Source of the DNA: an uncultured Spirochaetota bacterium
Lineage (GTDB): Bacteria > Spirochaetota > Spirochaetia > SZUA-6 > Fen-1364
NCBI GenBank assembly: GCA_963820525.1
Contig: CAWGAA010000001.1
Span: 1,856,001 to 1,920,000 of the forward strand
Length of the DNA: 64,000 nt
Direction of reading: 5' to 3'
Part shown: piece by piece, positions 19,298 through 32,400 of the stretch
How positions within the stretch are numbered: the first letter of the stretch is position 1
Layout of the letters: each line of letters opens with the position of its first letter
Made by a program: the position numbers and the translations under genes
Notes under the pieces: generated by a model
Told to the model about the DNA's origin: nothing
What the model saw: only the letters and a program-made list of their open reading frames with translations
Databases searched by the model: none

Positions 19298-20274
19298 CAC
19301 GGCAGGGTTATTCTCACCCAGTCGACGTCGCCCGCGGTGATATACCGATTCAGCTTCCCGCCAACCGTGATCGACGCCGGGTTCGTAGGAACCCCGCCGC
19401 CTCCCGCGGTCGGGTTGTCATCCGACTCATACGGAGCGTCAGACGCATTCTCTGAAGCGAAGAACCACGGCGATGCAACATTAGTTGGCGTGGTCAGCAC
19501 CCTGAGCGCGTACGGGCCCGTCGTCGTGCTCGAGTACCCTCTGATCCTCAGGTAATAAGTTCCTGGGGTAAGCGCTCCCTTGTAGTCGATCATTGCATAG
19601 TCGAACGCATTGTTATCAATGAAGTCCGACCCGTCGCTCCATGCCAGCGCTACGCTCTGGTCCTGGTTGGAGCTCCACAGGTTATAGGAGGTCGCACTGT
19701 TATCCCCCGCCGGCCCGAACAGGTCAATGTAGTCATAGAGGGTCGGCCACGTGGGGATCAGACCTGACGTCCCGGTGGGTTCATACGTTTCGATGAAGAC
19801 CTCATCGTAGATGACCTCGAGAGGCACGCTGGCCGTGTTGTTCCCCTCATTACTCTCCGCCACTACGGAGGTGGCATCAGCCTCTGCAAAGATGTAGTGC
19901 GGCCCCTGTTGATTGTCCTCGGCAGCCACCGAGAAGCTCCCCGGCACGCTGTCCGTCCAGGTCTGCCCCGCGTCGAGAGCGGGGATGTTCGACGTGGCAA
20001 GAATGAGGTCTGTGCTGTCCAGTACCGCGTCCGTGCTCAGGCGGTACCTGAGAACGCTGGCGCCCGCCAGACTGGTTCCGATATTCTCGACTACGGCTCC
20101 AATGCTCCAGGTACCAGTGCGCGCAACGGGAGCTGTAGGCGCCGTGATCGAGGTCACCGTAAGGTCGTCGGTCGCAGGGGCAGAAGAAATCCCGGGTTTC
20201 ATGCAGCCAAACAGGGCCAAGACGAGGGAAGCCGAAAACATGAAAAGAACCATCCGGTGAACATTTTTGCTCAT
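19297..20274 (-). CDS. Lipoprotein with CARDB-like and PPC-like domains
   Basis: Lipobox LFGC; DL.V...VENIG...ESNEGNN (CARDB-like); PGTYYLRI..Y....GPY.L and GDVDW (PPC-like); AAGGAGG RBS. Confidence 0.8.
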   Translation of the reverse strand: MSKNVHRMVLFMFSASLVLALFGCMKPGISSAPATDDLTVTSITAPTAPVARTGTWSIGAVVENIGTSLAGASVLRYRLSTDAVLDSTDLILATSNIPALDAGQTWTDSVPGSFSVAAEDNQQGPHYIFAEADATSVVAESNEGNNTASVPLEVIYDEVFIETYEPTGTSGLIPTWPTLYDYIDLFGPAGDNSATSYNLWSSNQDQSVALAWSDGSDFIDNNAFDYAMIDYKGALTPGTYYLRIRGYSSTTTGPYALRVLTTPTNVASPWFFASENASDAPYESDDNPTAGGGGVPTNPASITVGGKLNRYITAGDVDWVRITLP

Positions 20275-20364
20275 AGAGCCCTCCTTAGCTTGTCCAACAT
20301 CAAATATAGCAGTCAATAGTCCAATTTTCATGCATCTTTCAGCAAATTTCTCCTGCGTGCGGGG

Positions 20365-20393
20365 TTGGTCGGCTCTTCTTTCCGTGGTATACT
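20365..20393 (+). promoter_or_regulatory. Sigma-70-like promoter of the giant protein gene
   Basis: TTGGTC-N17-TATACT with an extended -10 TG. Confidence 0.5.
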
Positions 20394-20414
20394 TTTAAGC
20401 AACGGGGGTGAAGG

Positions 20415-23400
20415 TTGGTCAAGAGGAAGAAAGTCATATTTCTCGTTGCGCTTCTTGGAATTTCAACGGTTTGCGCGTATGCGCAGAACACTTACACCTG
20501 GAATGGAGCATCCGGCGCAAACTGGAGTAACCCCGGCAACTGGAACGTGAGTCCCGGTCCAGGCACATACCCCGGAGCCGCTGCTGATAATGCTATCGCC
20601 ATTATCAGCAATGGCAATTCACCCAACCTCAACGTATCCCCGGGACAGACCATCTCTCAATTGAATATTTCATCTGGATCATCTCTTACAGCGGGGGCCG
20701 CGCGATTGCTCAGGGTGGCCGGAAACGTGACCACTTCCGGTGCGGGCACTTTCTCATCAAATATCACACTCGCCGTTTCAGGCAATGGCTCGGTCATCGA
20801 CTCGACCATGACTTTGGGGCCGCTTACGATAGCGGGCGCCAGTGGGGACATAATCTCCCTTGCCCAAGCGACGACACTGGCTGGAACTCTCACGATAAAT
20901 ACGGCTACCCTGGATTTGGGCACCAATGCCCTTTCCGTTGGGACCAGTTCCACCGCGGGGAATCTGGTGTTTAGTGGCGGCGGCAAGCTCGACTTCAGCG
21001 GAGCCACAGGAACCAATACGACTTATGTTACGGTCTGGGGAACGATCAGCGGCACCGGCACCATAGATGCATCCGGCTCCGGGTCGCTCAATTGCCATGG
21101 CAACGTCGATCTTACCAACATCACCTACCTGCCAGGGAGCACGAGATTGTGGATCCTCGATCCAGTCAGCCTCACTCCAGGCGCGAGCTCTTTTGCCTGC
21201 GTTCGGATCGGCAGTAACGGACTGAACTATTACGGTGCGTTGACTCTCCAGGGAGATCTCCACATCCTCGGCATAGACCCAACCGGCACTACGGGAGTTT
21301 TCTCTGCCGGCCTCCCGGGGGGCACTCCAAATAATCCAGGGCTCGGCGGCAATAGCTTCAACCTCAACGGCCACAATGTCACCATTGATGACAGCGGCAC
21401 CTATGCCTCGGATAATGTCGTGACCTTTGTGAATATCCCCGGCGCGAACCTCACCGCTCCCGCCGCCTCCACCATCACGTTCACGGGGGCCTCTACTCTC
21501 ACCAGCAATTCGGCCAACGGCTGCGTGCTTGGGTCCATCAGCATCGGCGCCGGCGGAAACCTGACCCTCGCTGATGCGCTCGCTCTCAATGGCGGTATTT
21601 CAGTCGCGGCGGGCGCCGGAACGAGCACTTTCAATATGGCCGGTTTTACGGTCACGGTGGCCGGAAATGTCAATTTGACCAACCTCGACAACTTCACCGC
21701 GCCAGGCCTCTACATCTTCGACGGCGCCACGACCCTTACCGTCCCCGCGGGAGCCGCCTACGCCTTCACCAACATCCAGATCGGCGATACGGCCGGCGCC
21801 GCCAACGGCTCACTCACACTGGCTAGCGCCATCATCGTCAACGGCACCATCACCATCGGTGGCACCACCGGTACCACCACTTTCAACGCCGCAGCATTCA
21901 CCGTCACCGTGGCGGGAAACGTCACCCTCACCGGCCTGGACTCCTTCACAACCACCGGCACCTTCATCTTCGCCGGCACCACGACCCTTACCGTCCCCGC
22001 GGGAGCCGCCTACGCCTTCACCAACATCCAGATCGGCGATACGGCCGGCGCCGCCAACGGCTCACTCACACTGGCGAGCGCCATCATCGTCAACGGCACC
22101 ATCACCATCGGTGGCACCACCGGTACCACCACTTTCAACGCCGCAGCATTCACCGTCACCGTGGCGGGAAACGTCACCCTCACCGGCCTGGACTCCTTCA
22201 CAACCACCGGCACCTTCATCTTCGCCGGCACCACGACCCTTACCGTCCCCGCGGGAGCCGCCTACGCCTTCACCAACATCCAGATCGGTGCCACCGCCGG
22301 CGCCGCCAACGGCTCACTCACACTGGCTAGCGCCATCATCGTCAACGGCACCATCACCATCGGTGGCACCACCGGTACCACCACTTTCAACGCCGCAGCA
22401 TTCACCGTCACCGTGGCGGGAAACGTCACCCTCACCGGCCTGGACTCCTTCACAACCACCGGCACCTTCATCTTCGCCGGCACCACGACCCTCACCGTCC
22501 CCGCGGGAGCCGCCTACGCCTTCACCAACATCCAGATCGGTGCCACCGCCGGCGCCGCCAACGGCTCACTCATACTGGCTAGCGCCATCATCGTCAACGG
22601 CACCATCACCATCGGTGGCACCACCGGTACCACCACTTTCAACGCCGCAGCATTCACCGTCACCGTGGCGGGAAACGTCACCCTCACCGGCCTGGACTCC
22701 TTCACAACCACCGGCACCTTCATCTTCGCCGGCACCACGACCCTTACCGTCCCCGCGGGAGCCGCCTACGCCTTCACCAACATCCAGATCGGTGCCACCG
22801 CCGGCGCCGCCAACGGCTCACTCACACTGGCAAGTGACATCATCGTCAACGGCACCATCACCATCGGTGGCACCACCGGTACCACCACTTTCAACGCCGC
22901 AGCATTCACCGTCACCGTGGCGGGAAACGTCACCCTCACCGGCCTGGACTCCTTCACAACCACCGGCACCTTCATCTTCGCCGGCACCACGACCCTTACC
23001 GTCCCCGCGGGAGCCGCCTACGCCTTCACCAACATCCAGATCGGTGCCACCGCCGGCGCCGCCAACGGCTCACTCATACTGGCTAGCGCCATCATCGTCA
23101 ACGGCACCATCACCATCGGTGGCACCACCGGTACCACCACTTTCAACGCCGCAGCATTCACCGTCACCGTGGCGGGAAACGTCACCCTCACCGGCCTGGA
23201 CTCCTTCACAACCACCGGCACCTTCATCTTCGCCGGCACCACGACCCTTACCGTCCCCGCGGGAGCCGCCTACGCCTTCACCAACATCCAGATCGGTGCC
23301 ACCGCCGGCGCCGCCAACGGCTCACTCATACTGGCAAGTGACATCATCGTCAACGGCACCATCACCATCGGTGGCACCACCGGTACCACCACTTTCAACG

Positions 23401-26400
23401 CCGCAGCATTCACCGTCACCGTGGCGGGAAACGTCACCCTCACCGGCCTGGACTCCTTCACAACCACCGGCACCTTCATCTTCGCCGGCACCACGACCCT
23501 TACCGTCCCCGCGGGAGCCGCCTACGCCTTCACCAACATCCAGATCGGTGCCACCGCCGGCGCCGCCAACGGCTCACTCATACTGGCGAGCGCCATCATC
23601 GTCAACGGCACCATCACCATCGGTGGCACCACCGGTACCACCACTTTCAACGCCGCAGCATTCACCGTCACCGTGGCGGGAAACGTCACCCTCACCGGCC
23701 TGGACTCCTTCACAACCACCGGCACCTTCATCTTCGCCGGCACCACGACCCTTACCGTCCCCGCGGGAGCCGCCTACGCCTTCACCAACATCCAGATCGG
23801 TGCCACCGCCGGCGCCGCCAACGGCTCACTCACACTGGCAAGTGACATCATCGTCAACGGCACCATCACCATCGGTGGCACCACCGGTACCACCACTTTC
23901 AACGCCGCAGCATTCACCGTCACCGTGGCGGGAAACGTCACCCTCACCGGCCTGGACTCCTTCACAACCACCGGCACCTTCATCTTCGCCGGCACCACGA
24001 CCCTTACCGTCCCCGCGGGAGCCGCCTACGCCTTCACCAACATCCAGATCGGTGCCACCGCCGGCGCCGCCAACGGCTCACTCATACTGGCTAGCGCCAT
24101 CATCGTCAACGGCACCATCACCATCGGTGGCACCACCGGTACCACCACTTTCAACGCCGCAGCATTCACCGTCACCGTGGCGGGAAACGTCACCCTCACC
24201 GGCCTGGACTCCTTCACAACCACCGGCACCTTCATCTTCGCCGGCACCACGACCCTTACCGTCCCCGCGGGAGCCGCCTACGCCTTCACCAACATCCAGA
24301 TCGGTGCCACCGCCGGCGCCGCCAACGGCTCACTCACACTGGCAAGTGACATCATCGTCAACGGCACCATCACCATCGGTGGCACCACCGGTACCACCAC
24401 TTTCAACGCCGCAGCATTCACCGTCACCGTGGCGGGAAACGTCACCCTCACCGGCCTGGACTCCTTCACAACCACCGGCACCTTCATCTTCGCCGGCACC
24501 ACGACCCTTACCGTCCCCGCGGGAGCCGCCTACGCCTTCACCAACATCCAGATCGGTGCCACCGCCGGCGCCGCCAACGGCTCACTCATACTGGCTAGCG
24601 CCATCATCGTCAACGGCACCATCACCATCGGTGGCACCACCGGTACCACCACTTTCAACGCCGCAGCATTCACCGTCACCGTGGCGGGAAACGTCACCCT
24701 CACCGGCCTGGACTCCTTCACAACCACCGGCACCTTCATCTTCGCCGGCACCACGACCCTTACCGTCCCCGCGGGAGCCGCCTACGCCTTCACCAACATC
24801 CAGATCGGTGCCACCGCCGGCGCCGCCAACGGCTCACTCACACTGGCTAGCGACATCATCGTCAACGGCACCATCACCATCGGTGGCACCACCGGTACCA
24901 CCACTTTCAACGCCGCAGCATTCACCGTCACCGTGGCGGGAAACGTCACCCTCACCGGCCTGGACTCCTTCACAACCACCGGCACCTTCATCTTCGCCGG
25001 CACCACGACCCTTACCGTCCCCGCGGGAGCCGCCTACGCCTTCACCAACATCCAGATCGGTGCCACCGCCGGCGCCGCCAACGGCTCACTCACACTGGCA
25101 AGTGACATCATCGTCAACGGCACCATCACCATCGGTGGCACCACCGGTACCACCACTTTCAACGCCGCAGCATTCACCGTCACCGTGGCGGGAAACGTCA
25201 CCCTCACCGGCCTGGACTCCTTCACAACCACCGGCACCTTCATCTTCGCCGGCACCACGACCCTTACCGTCCCCGCGGGAGCCGCCTACGCCTTCACCAA
25301 CATCCAGATCGGTGCCACCGCCGGCGCCGCCAACGGCTCACTCATACTGGCAAGTGACATCATCGTCAACGGCACCATCACCATCGGTGGCACCACCGGT
25401 ACCACCACTTTCGTCACCTCGGGCCACACCGTCACCGCGGCAAGTACCGTTAACCTCACGGGCCTCGATATACTCACCATTGACGCGACATCTTTATTCA
25501 TCTTCGCCGGCACCACAACCCTAACTGTCCCGACGGGGCTGTCGCTCGAGAACATCCAGCTCGGCGCAAGCGTCACCCCGGGCAGCGTCACTCTGGGGAG
25601 CGCGCTAAATGTTGTACTGGATATCTCCATCTCCGTTGCAGGATCCGTGCTGAACACGAACAACCTCGACATTTCGGTAGGCAGGAATTGGAGTAATTCA
25701 AACGATGCGTCGGGATTCACCGCCGGAAATGGGACCGTCGCTTTCGCCGGAACCGCAACAGCCAAGATCTCGGGAAATACGACCTTTTACAACTTCACAT
25801 GCATCCCAGGCGTCGGCGGCAAGACCATCCAGTTTACAGCCGGCACCGAGCAGACCATCACCAACAACCTCACGATTACGGGAACGGCGAACAACCTGGT
25901 CAACCTGATAAGCACATCTCTCGGCTTTGCCTGGACGATAACCAGGACGGGAACCGGGACCGTTACGCTCGACTTTATCCTTGTCAGCGACAGTAATGTG
26001 GGAGCTGCGTCGAGCGACCTCACGGCTCTGGACAGCAGAAATGACGGAAGAAACGACGACACGGTGTCTCCGCGCTGGATCTTTACGCCCAGGCTGGTGA
26101 TATGGGACGGCTCGGACAGCATGGACTGGAACACGGGAGCAAACTGGGATACCGGCTATCAGCCGAATACCACGGATAATGTCCGCATCGCCAATGCCGG
26201 CTTCCAGCCGGCGACGCTCGCGACATCGACGACGATCGTGGACCTGACCATCGACACTGGCGCGAGGGTCGCCACCAACAACTTATCCCTGACGGTGACC
26301 GGGGCCTTGAGCTGCTCGGGCACCCTTGACGGCTCGGCTTCCCCCGCCGCCATCAGCGTCACAGGGGACACCACGGCCTCAGGCAGGATCAATTTGAACG

Positions 26401-29400
26401 GCGGCAACTTCTCCACCAACAACCTCACCGTGAGCGGCGTCACCCCCAACGGCCTGGTGGCCTCCGCCTCGGAGACCATCACGGTGGGCGGCAACATCGA
26501 CTTCTCCAACGCCGGGGACAATTTCACCCAGGCCACAAGCCTCATCGTCATGACGGGGGCCTCGGACCCGGCCACCATCAACGCAACCGTAGAGGACTTC
26601 TTCAACGACCTTCAGATCAACAAGACCACGGGGGGGCAGCGGGTGCAGCTGCTCACCAACCTCTTCCTGGCCAACGGCGCCGGAGACCTGACCATGAGCC
26701 GAGGCACCCTGCAGCTCAACGGCTTCACGCTTCGGTTGGGCACCAACCTCTCCATGAGCTCGGCCACCGCCGCCACCATCGCCATCGGCACGGGCACCCT
26801 GGACGGGGCCACCAACGGCAGGTCCGTTTCCATCAGCAGCGCGGCGGCCGCCATCACCCAAACCACCGGCACCATGAGCTGCGCCGGGCTCTCCATGACA
26901 AACGGCACCTACACCTGCACAGGCAACTCCATCCTCAACTCCAGCGGAAGCGTCTCGGTGACCGGCGGCACCTTCTCCGAGGGCACCTCCACCCTCACCA
27001 TGAGCGGCGCCTCCACCACGATCCGCTTCGCCCAGAGCCCGCTTCTCCAGCCCCATGACCTGACCATCAGCGCCGCCGCCCCCGGGGTGAGCATAACCGG
27101 GGAGAACCTGACCGTGGGGAACAACTTGAGCGTTTCCTCCGGCGGGGTGTTCGCCACCAACAACTTCTCCCTGACGGTGAACGTCGGCCTGAGCTGCTCG
27201 GGCACCCTTGACGGCTCGGCTTCCCCCGCCGCCATCAGCGTCACAGGGGACACCACGGCCTCAGGCAGGATCAATTTGAACGGCGGCAACTTCTCCACCA
27301 ACAACCTCACCGTGAGCGGCGTCACCCCCAACGGCCTGGTGGCCTCCGCCTCGGAGACCATCACGGTGGGCGGCAACATCGACTTCTCCAACGCCGGGGA
27401 CAATTTCACCCAGGCCACAAGCCTCATCGTCATGACGGGGGCCTCGGACCCCGCCACCATCAACGCAACCGGAGAGGACTTCTTCAACGACCTTCAGATC
27501 AACAAGACCACGGGGGCGCAGCGGGTGCAGCTGCTCACCAACCTCTTCCTGGCCAACGGCGCCGGAGACCTGACCATGAGCCGAGGCACCCTGCAGCTCA
27601 ACGGCTTCACGCTTCGGTTGGGCACCAACCTCTCCATGAGCTCGGCCACCGCCGCCACCATCGCCATCGGCACGGGCACCCTGGACGGGGCCACCAACGG
27701 CAGGTCCGTTTCCATCAGCAGCGCGGCGGCCGCCATCACCCAAACCACCGGCACCATGAGCTGCGCCGGGCTCTCCATGACAAACGGCACCTACACCTGC
27801 ACAGGCAACTCCATCCTCAACTCCAGCGGAAGCGTCTCGGTGACCGGCGGCACCTTCTCCGAGGGCACCTCCACCCTCACCATGAGCGGCGCCTCCACCA
27901 CGATCCGCTTCGCCCAGAGCCCGCTTCTCCAGCCCCATGACCTGACCATCAGCGCCGCCGCCCCCGGGGTGAGCATAACCGGGGAGAACCTGACCGTGGG
28001 GAACAACTTGAGCGTTTCCTCCGGCGGGGTGTTCGCCACAGGCGGCTTCTCCCTGACGGTGAACGTCGGCCTGAGCTGCTCGGGCACCCTCACAGGCTCG
28101 GCCTCCCCCCAGCAGATCAGCGTCACAGGTGACACCACCGCCTCCGGCAGGATCAACTTGAACGGCGGCAACTTCTCCACCACCAACCTCACCGTGAGCG
28201 GCGTCCCCGGCCTGGTGGCCTCCGCCTCGGAGACCATCACGGTGGGCGGCAACATCGACTTCTCCAACGCCGGAGACAACTTCACCCAGGCTACAAGCCT
28301 CATCGTCATGACGGGGGCCTCGGACCCCGCCACCATCAACGCAACCGTAGAGGACTTCTTCAACGACCTTCAGATCAACAAGACCACGGGGGGGCAGCGG
28401 GTGCAGCTGCTCACCAACCTCTTCCTGGCCAACGGCGCCGGAGACCTGACCATGAGCCGAGGCACCCTGCAGCTCAACGGCTTCACGCTTCGGTTGGGCA
28501 CCAACCTCTCCATGAGCTCGGCCACCGCCGCCACCATCGCCATCGGCACGGGCACCCTGGACGGGGCCACCAACGGTAGGACCGTTTCCATCAGCAGCGC
28601 GGCGGCCGCCATCACCCAAACCACCGGCACCATGAGCTGCGCCGGGCTCTCCATGACAAACGGCACCTACACCTGCACAGGCAACTCCATCCTCAACTCC
28701 AGCGGAAGCGTCTCGGTGACCGGCGGCACCTTCTCCGAGGGCACCTCCACCCTCACCATGAGCGGCGCCTCCACCACGATCCGCTTCGCCCAGAGCCCGC
28801 TTCTCCAGCCCCATGACCTGACCATCAGCGCCGCCGCCCCCGGGGTGAGCATAACCGGGGAGAACCTGACCGTGGGGAACAACTTGAGCGTTTCCTCCGG
28901 CGGGGTGTTCGCCACCAACAACTTCTCCCTGACGGTGACCGGGGCCTTGAGCTGCTCGGGCACCCTCACAGGCTCGGCCTCCCCCCAGCAGATCAGCGTC
29001 ACAGGTGACACCACCGCCTCCGGCAGGATCAACTTGAACGGCGGCAACTTCTCCACCACCAACCTCACCGTGAGCGGCGTCCCCGGCCTGGTGGCCTCCG
29101 CCTCGGAGACCATCACGGTGGGCGGCAACATCGACTTCTCCAACGCCGGAGACAACTTCACCCAGGCTACAAGCCTCATCGTCATGACGGGGGCCTCGGA
29201 CCCCGCCACCATCAACGCAACCGTAGAGGACTTCTTCAACGACCTTCAGATCAACAAGACCACGGGGGGGCAGCGGGTGCAGCTGCTCACCAACCTCTTC
29301 CTGGCCAACGGCGCCGGAGACCTGACCATGAGCCGAGGCACCCTGCAGCTCAACGGCTTCACGCTTCGGTTGGGCACCAACCTCTCCATGAGCTCGGCCA

Positions 29401-32400
29401 CCGCCGCCACCATCGCCATCGGCACGGGCACCCTGGACGGGGCCACCAACGGCAGGTCCGTTTCCATCAGCAGCGCGGCGGCCGCCATCACCCAAACCAC
29501 CGGCACCATGAGCTGCGCCGGGCTCTCCATGACAAACGGCACCTACACCTGCACAGGCAACTCCATCCTCAACTCCAGCGGAAGCGTCTCGGTGACCGGC
29601 GGCACCTTCTCCGAGGGCACCTCCACCCTCACCATGAGCGGCGCCTCCACCACGATCCGCTTCGCCCAGAGCCCGCTTCTCCAGCCCCATGACCTGACCA
29701 TCAGCGCCGCCGCCCCCGGGGTGAGCATAACCGGGGAGAACCTGACCGTGGGGAACAACTTGAGCGTTTCCTCCGGCGGGGTGTTCGCCACCAACAACTT
29801 CTCCCTGACGGTGAACGTCGGCCTGAGCTGCTCGGGCACCCTTGACGGCTCGGCTTCCCCCGCCGCCATCAGCGTCACAGGGGACACCACGGCCTCAGGC
29901 AGGATCAACTTGAACGGCGGCAACTTCTCCACCACCAACCTCACCGTGAGCGGCGTCCCCGGCCTGGTGGCCTCCGCCTCGGAGACCATCACGGTGGGCG
30001 GCAACATCGACTTCTCCAACGCCGGGGACAATTTCACCCAGGCCACAAGCCTCATCGTCATGACGGGGGCCTCGGACCCCGCCACCATCAACGCAACCGG
30101 AGAGGACTTCTTCAACGACCTTCAGATCAACAAGACCACGGGGGCGCAGCGGGTGCAGCTGCTCACCAACCTCTTCCTGGCCAACGGCGCCGGAGACCTG
30201 ACCATGAGCCGAGGCACCCTGCAGCTCAACGGCTTCACGCTTCGGTTGGGCACCAACCTCTCCATGAGCTCGGCCACCGCCGCCACCATCGCCATCGGCA
30301 CGGGCACCCTGGACGGGGCCACCAACGGCAGGTCCGTTTCTATCAGCAGCGCGGCGGCCGCCATCACCCAGGGAACCGGAACGCTCAGCACGCCGGCGTT
30401 GAGCGTGAGCGCCGGCGCCTATACGATAACGGGCACGGCCACGGTGAGCATCGGGGCCGGAGGCTTGAGCCAGACTGGGGGCACCTTCACGGCAGACGCC
30501 GCCGCCATCACCTCGAGCGGAAGCGTTTCGGTGACCGCCGGCACCTTCACGGAAGGAAGCTCCACCCTCACGATGGATACCGCCGGCACCACAATTCATT
30601 TCACGCCGTCTCCGCTGCACCAGCCCCACAACCTGATCATCACCGCCGGAGGGGCGGGTGTGACAATCGCCAGCGAAGCCCTTAATGTCGGAGGAGATAT
30701 CACTATTGCTACGGGCGGGATATTCGGGACCAACACCTTCAGCTTAGCCGTGACGGGCAACGCAGATGTTTCGGGCACCCTCACCGGCTCGGCCTCCCCC
30801 GCAGCCATCAGCGTCACGGGTGACACCACCGCCTCCGGCACGATCAACCTCAACAATGGAGACTTCTCGACGAACAACCTCACAGTGAGCGGCGTCGCCC
30901 CGGCGAACGGGCTCGTGGCTTCCGGCGCCGAGATCATAACGGTCAAAGAAAACCTCGACCTCTCGGCGGTGGGGACCAATTACACGCCGGCCTCGAGCAC
31001 GATCACAATGGGAGACGGAACGCTAAATGGCACCATCAATTGCCCGCCGACGGAGGAGACGTTCTACGAGCTCGAAATCTCCAAAGGCGTCCTGGCCCGG
31101 ATCGTCAGCCTGCAGACAGACATCATCATCACCCACTCACTCACCATAATCAGCGGGACTCTCAGCGCGGGAACCCACACGATAACGATGCGGGGAGTCA
31201 CCTGGGACAACCAGGGAAGCAAGACGGGCCTCGGGACCTTCAACCCGGGAACGGGAACGGTTTTCTTCACCACGACGAGCGCGATCACAATCAGCGGAAG
31301 CAATTCCTGGTACAACTTCAACTGCACGACGGACGGCAAGGCCTTCACCTTCGAGAACCTGCAGACCCAGACCATTCTTTCCGGCGGGAACCTTACCCTC
31401 CTTGCTTCGGGGCCAACCGCAAGGATAACGCTGACAAGCGATTTGCAGGACCCAACGGTGAACCCATCGTACCCACCCACGCCTCCGCAGTATGCCGGGC
31501 AGTGGTATATCACGATTACGGTGGGCGCGTCCGCGAGCATCGATTTCGTCAACGTGTCGTACAGCTTCGCCACTATAACGATCACCCCCGGGCCGGGATG
31601 TGTGGACGGTCTTCACAATACGAATTGGCAGTTTTTCATCCCCATAGTGGCGAGTTGGACCCTGGACACGAACAACGACGGACGAATAGACAGGATCAGG
31701 GTGCAAGTACAGGTGGGAACCCAGCTCAGCGACGACTTCACGGGCCTTGATGTGACTATCGTAGGAAATGCATACGAAGTATCCGGATACGGCACCGCCG
31801 CAGGACCGGTAGTTGGGGCGGGCGACGACGTGTTCGATATCCTCCTTGACGAGGGGACCCACGAAGACACGAGCGCACTTCCCCAATGGACGCTGAATTC
31901 AAACTCGACGCTCTATGGGAAGGTGGGAGGCGCCCTGGTGGAGTATGGGACAAAGGTGTACGCGCCGAACGACGGCTCGCGGCCGGTGATCACCTATACG
32001 CTGGCGGCCGTGGGATCCACGCGGGCGTACGTCCACTTCTCCGAGACGGTGTTCGGAAACGCGGCCCAGACCGCGCCGATCGGGACGGGAAGCCTGGTGT
32101 ATTCAGACGGCACTAACTCGATAACCGCCGTCACGCCGGTTGAGCGTGATGCCACCGGGATCGGCGCGCATGCCGCGGTGATCACGTTTACAAGCCCACT
32201 GACAGTGGCGAACGTCCTGCCCTCCAGTGCTCAAACCTTCAGCGTCGCGACGGGCGCGATCTGGGGTGTACCCGCGGCGGTGGATCCCGGGACTGTCGTA
32301 CCGGCGCCGTTCCCCAACAACACCAACCTCGACAACAACCTCCCCCCGAACGCTGTCCGCTCGATGCTCAACGGGTCCACGACGCCGAGCGCCCTCGCCC

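Noticed and set aside
21727..25412. CRISPR-like periodic array
   Set aside because: There are no unique spacers, the period is an in-frame 252 bp, and no cas genes are present.
21859..25524. 1221-aa Pro/Ser-rich ORF overlapping the giant gene, and the many 74-aa antisense ORFs
   Set aside because: These are shadow frames. A stop-free alternative frame of one 252-bp unit is simply multiplied by the array, and the ORF starts and ends with it.
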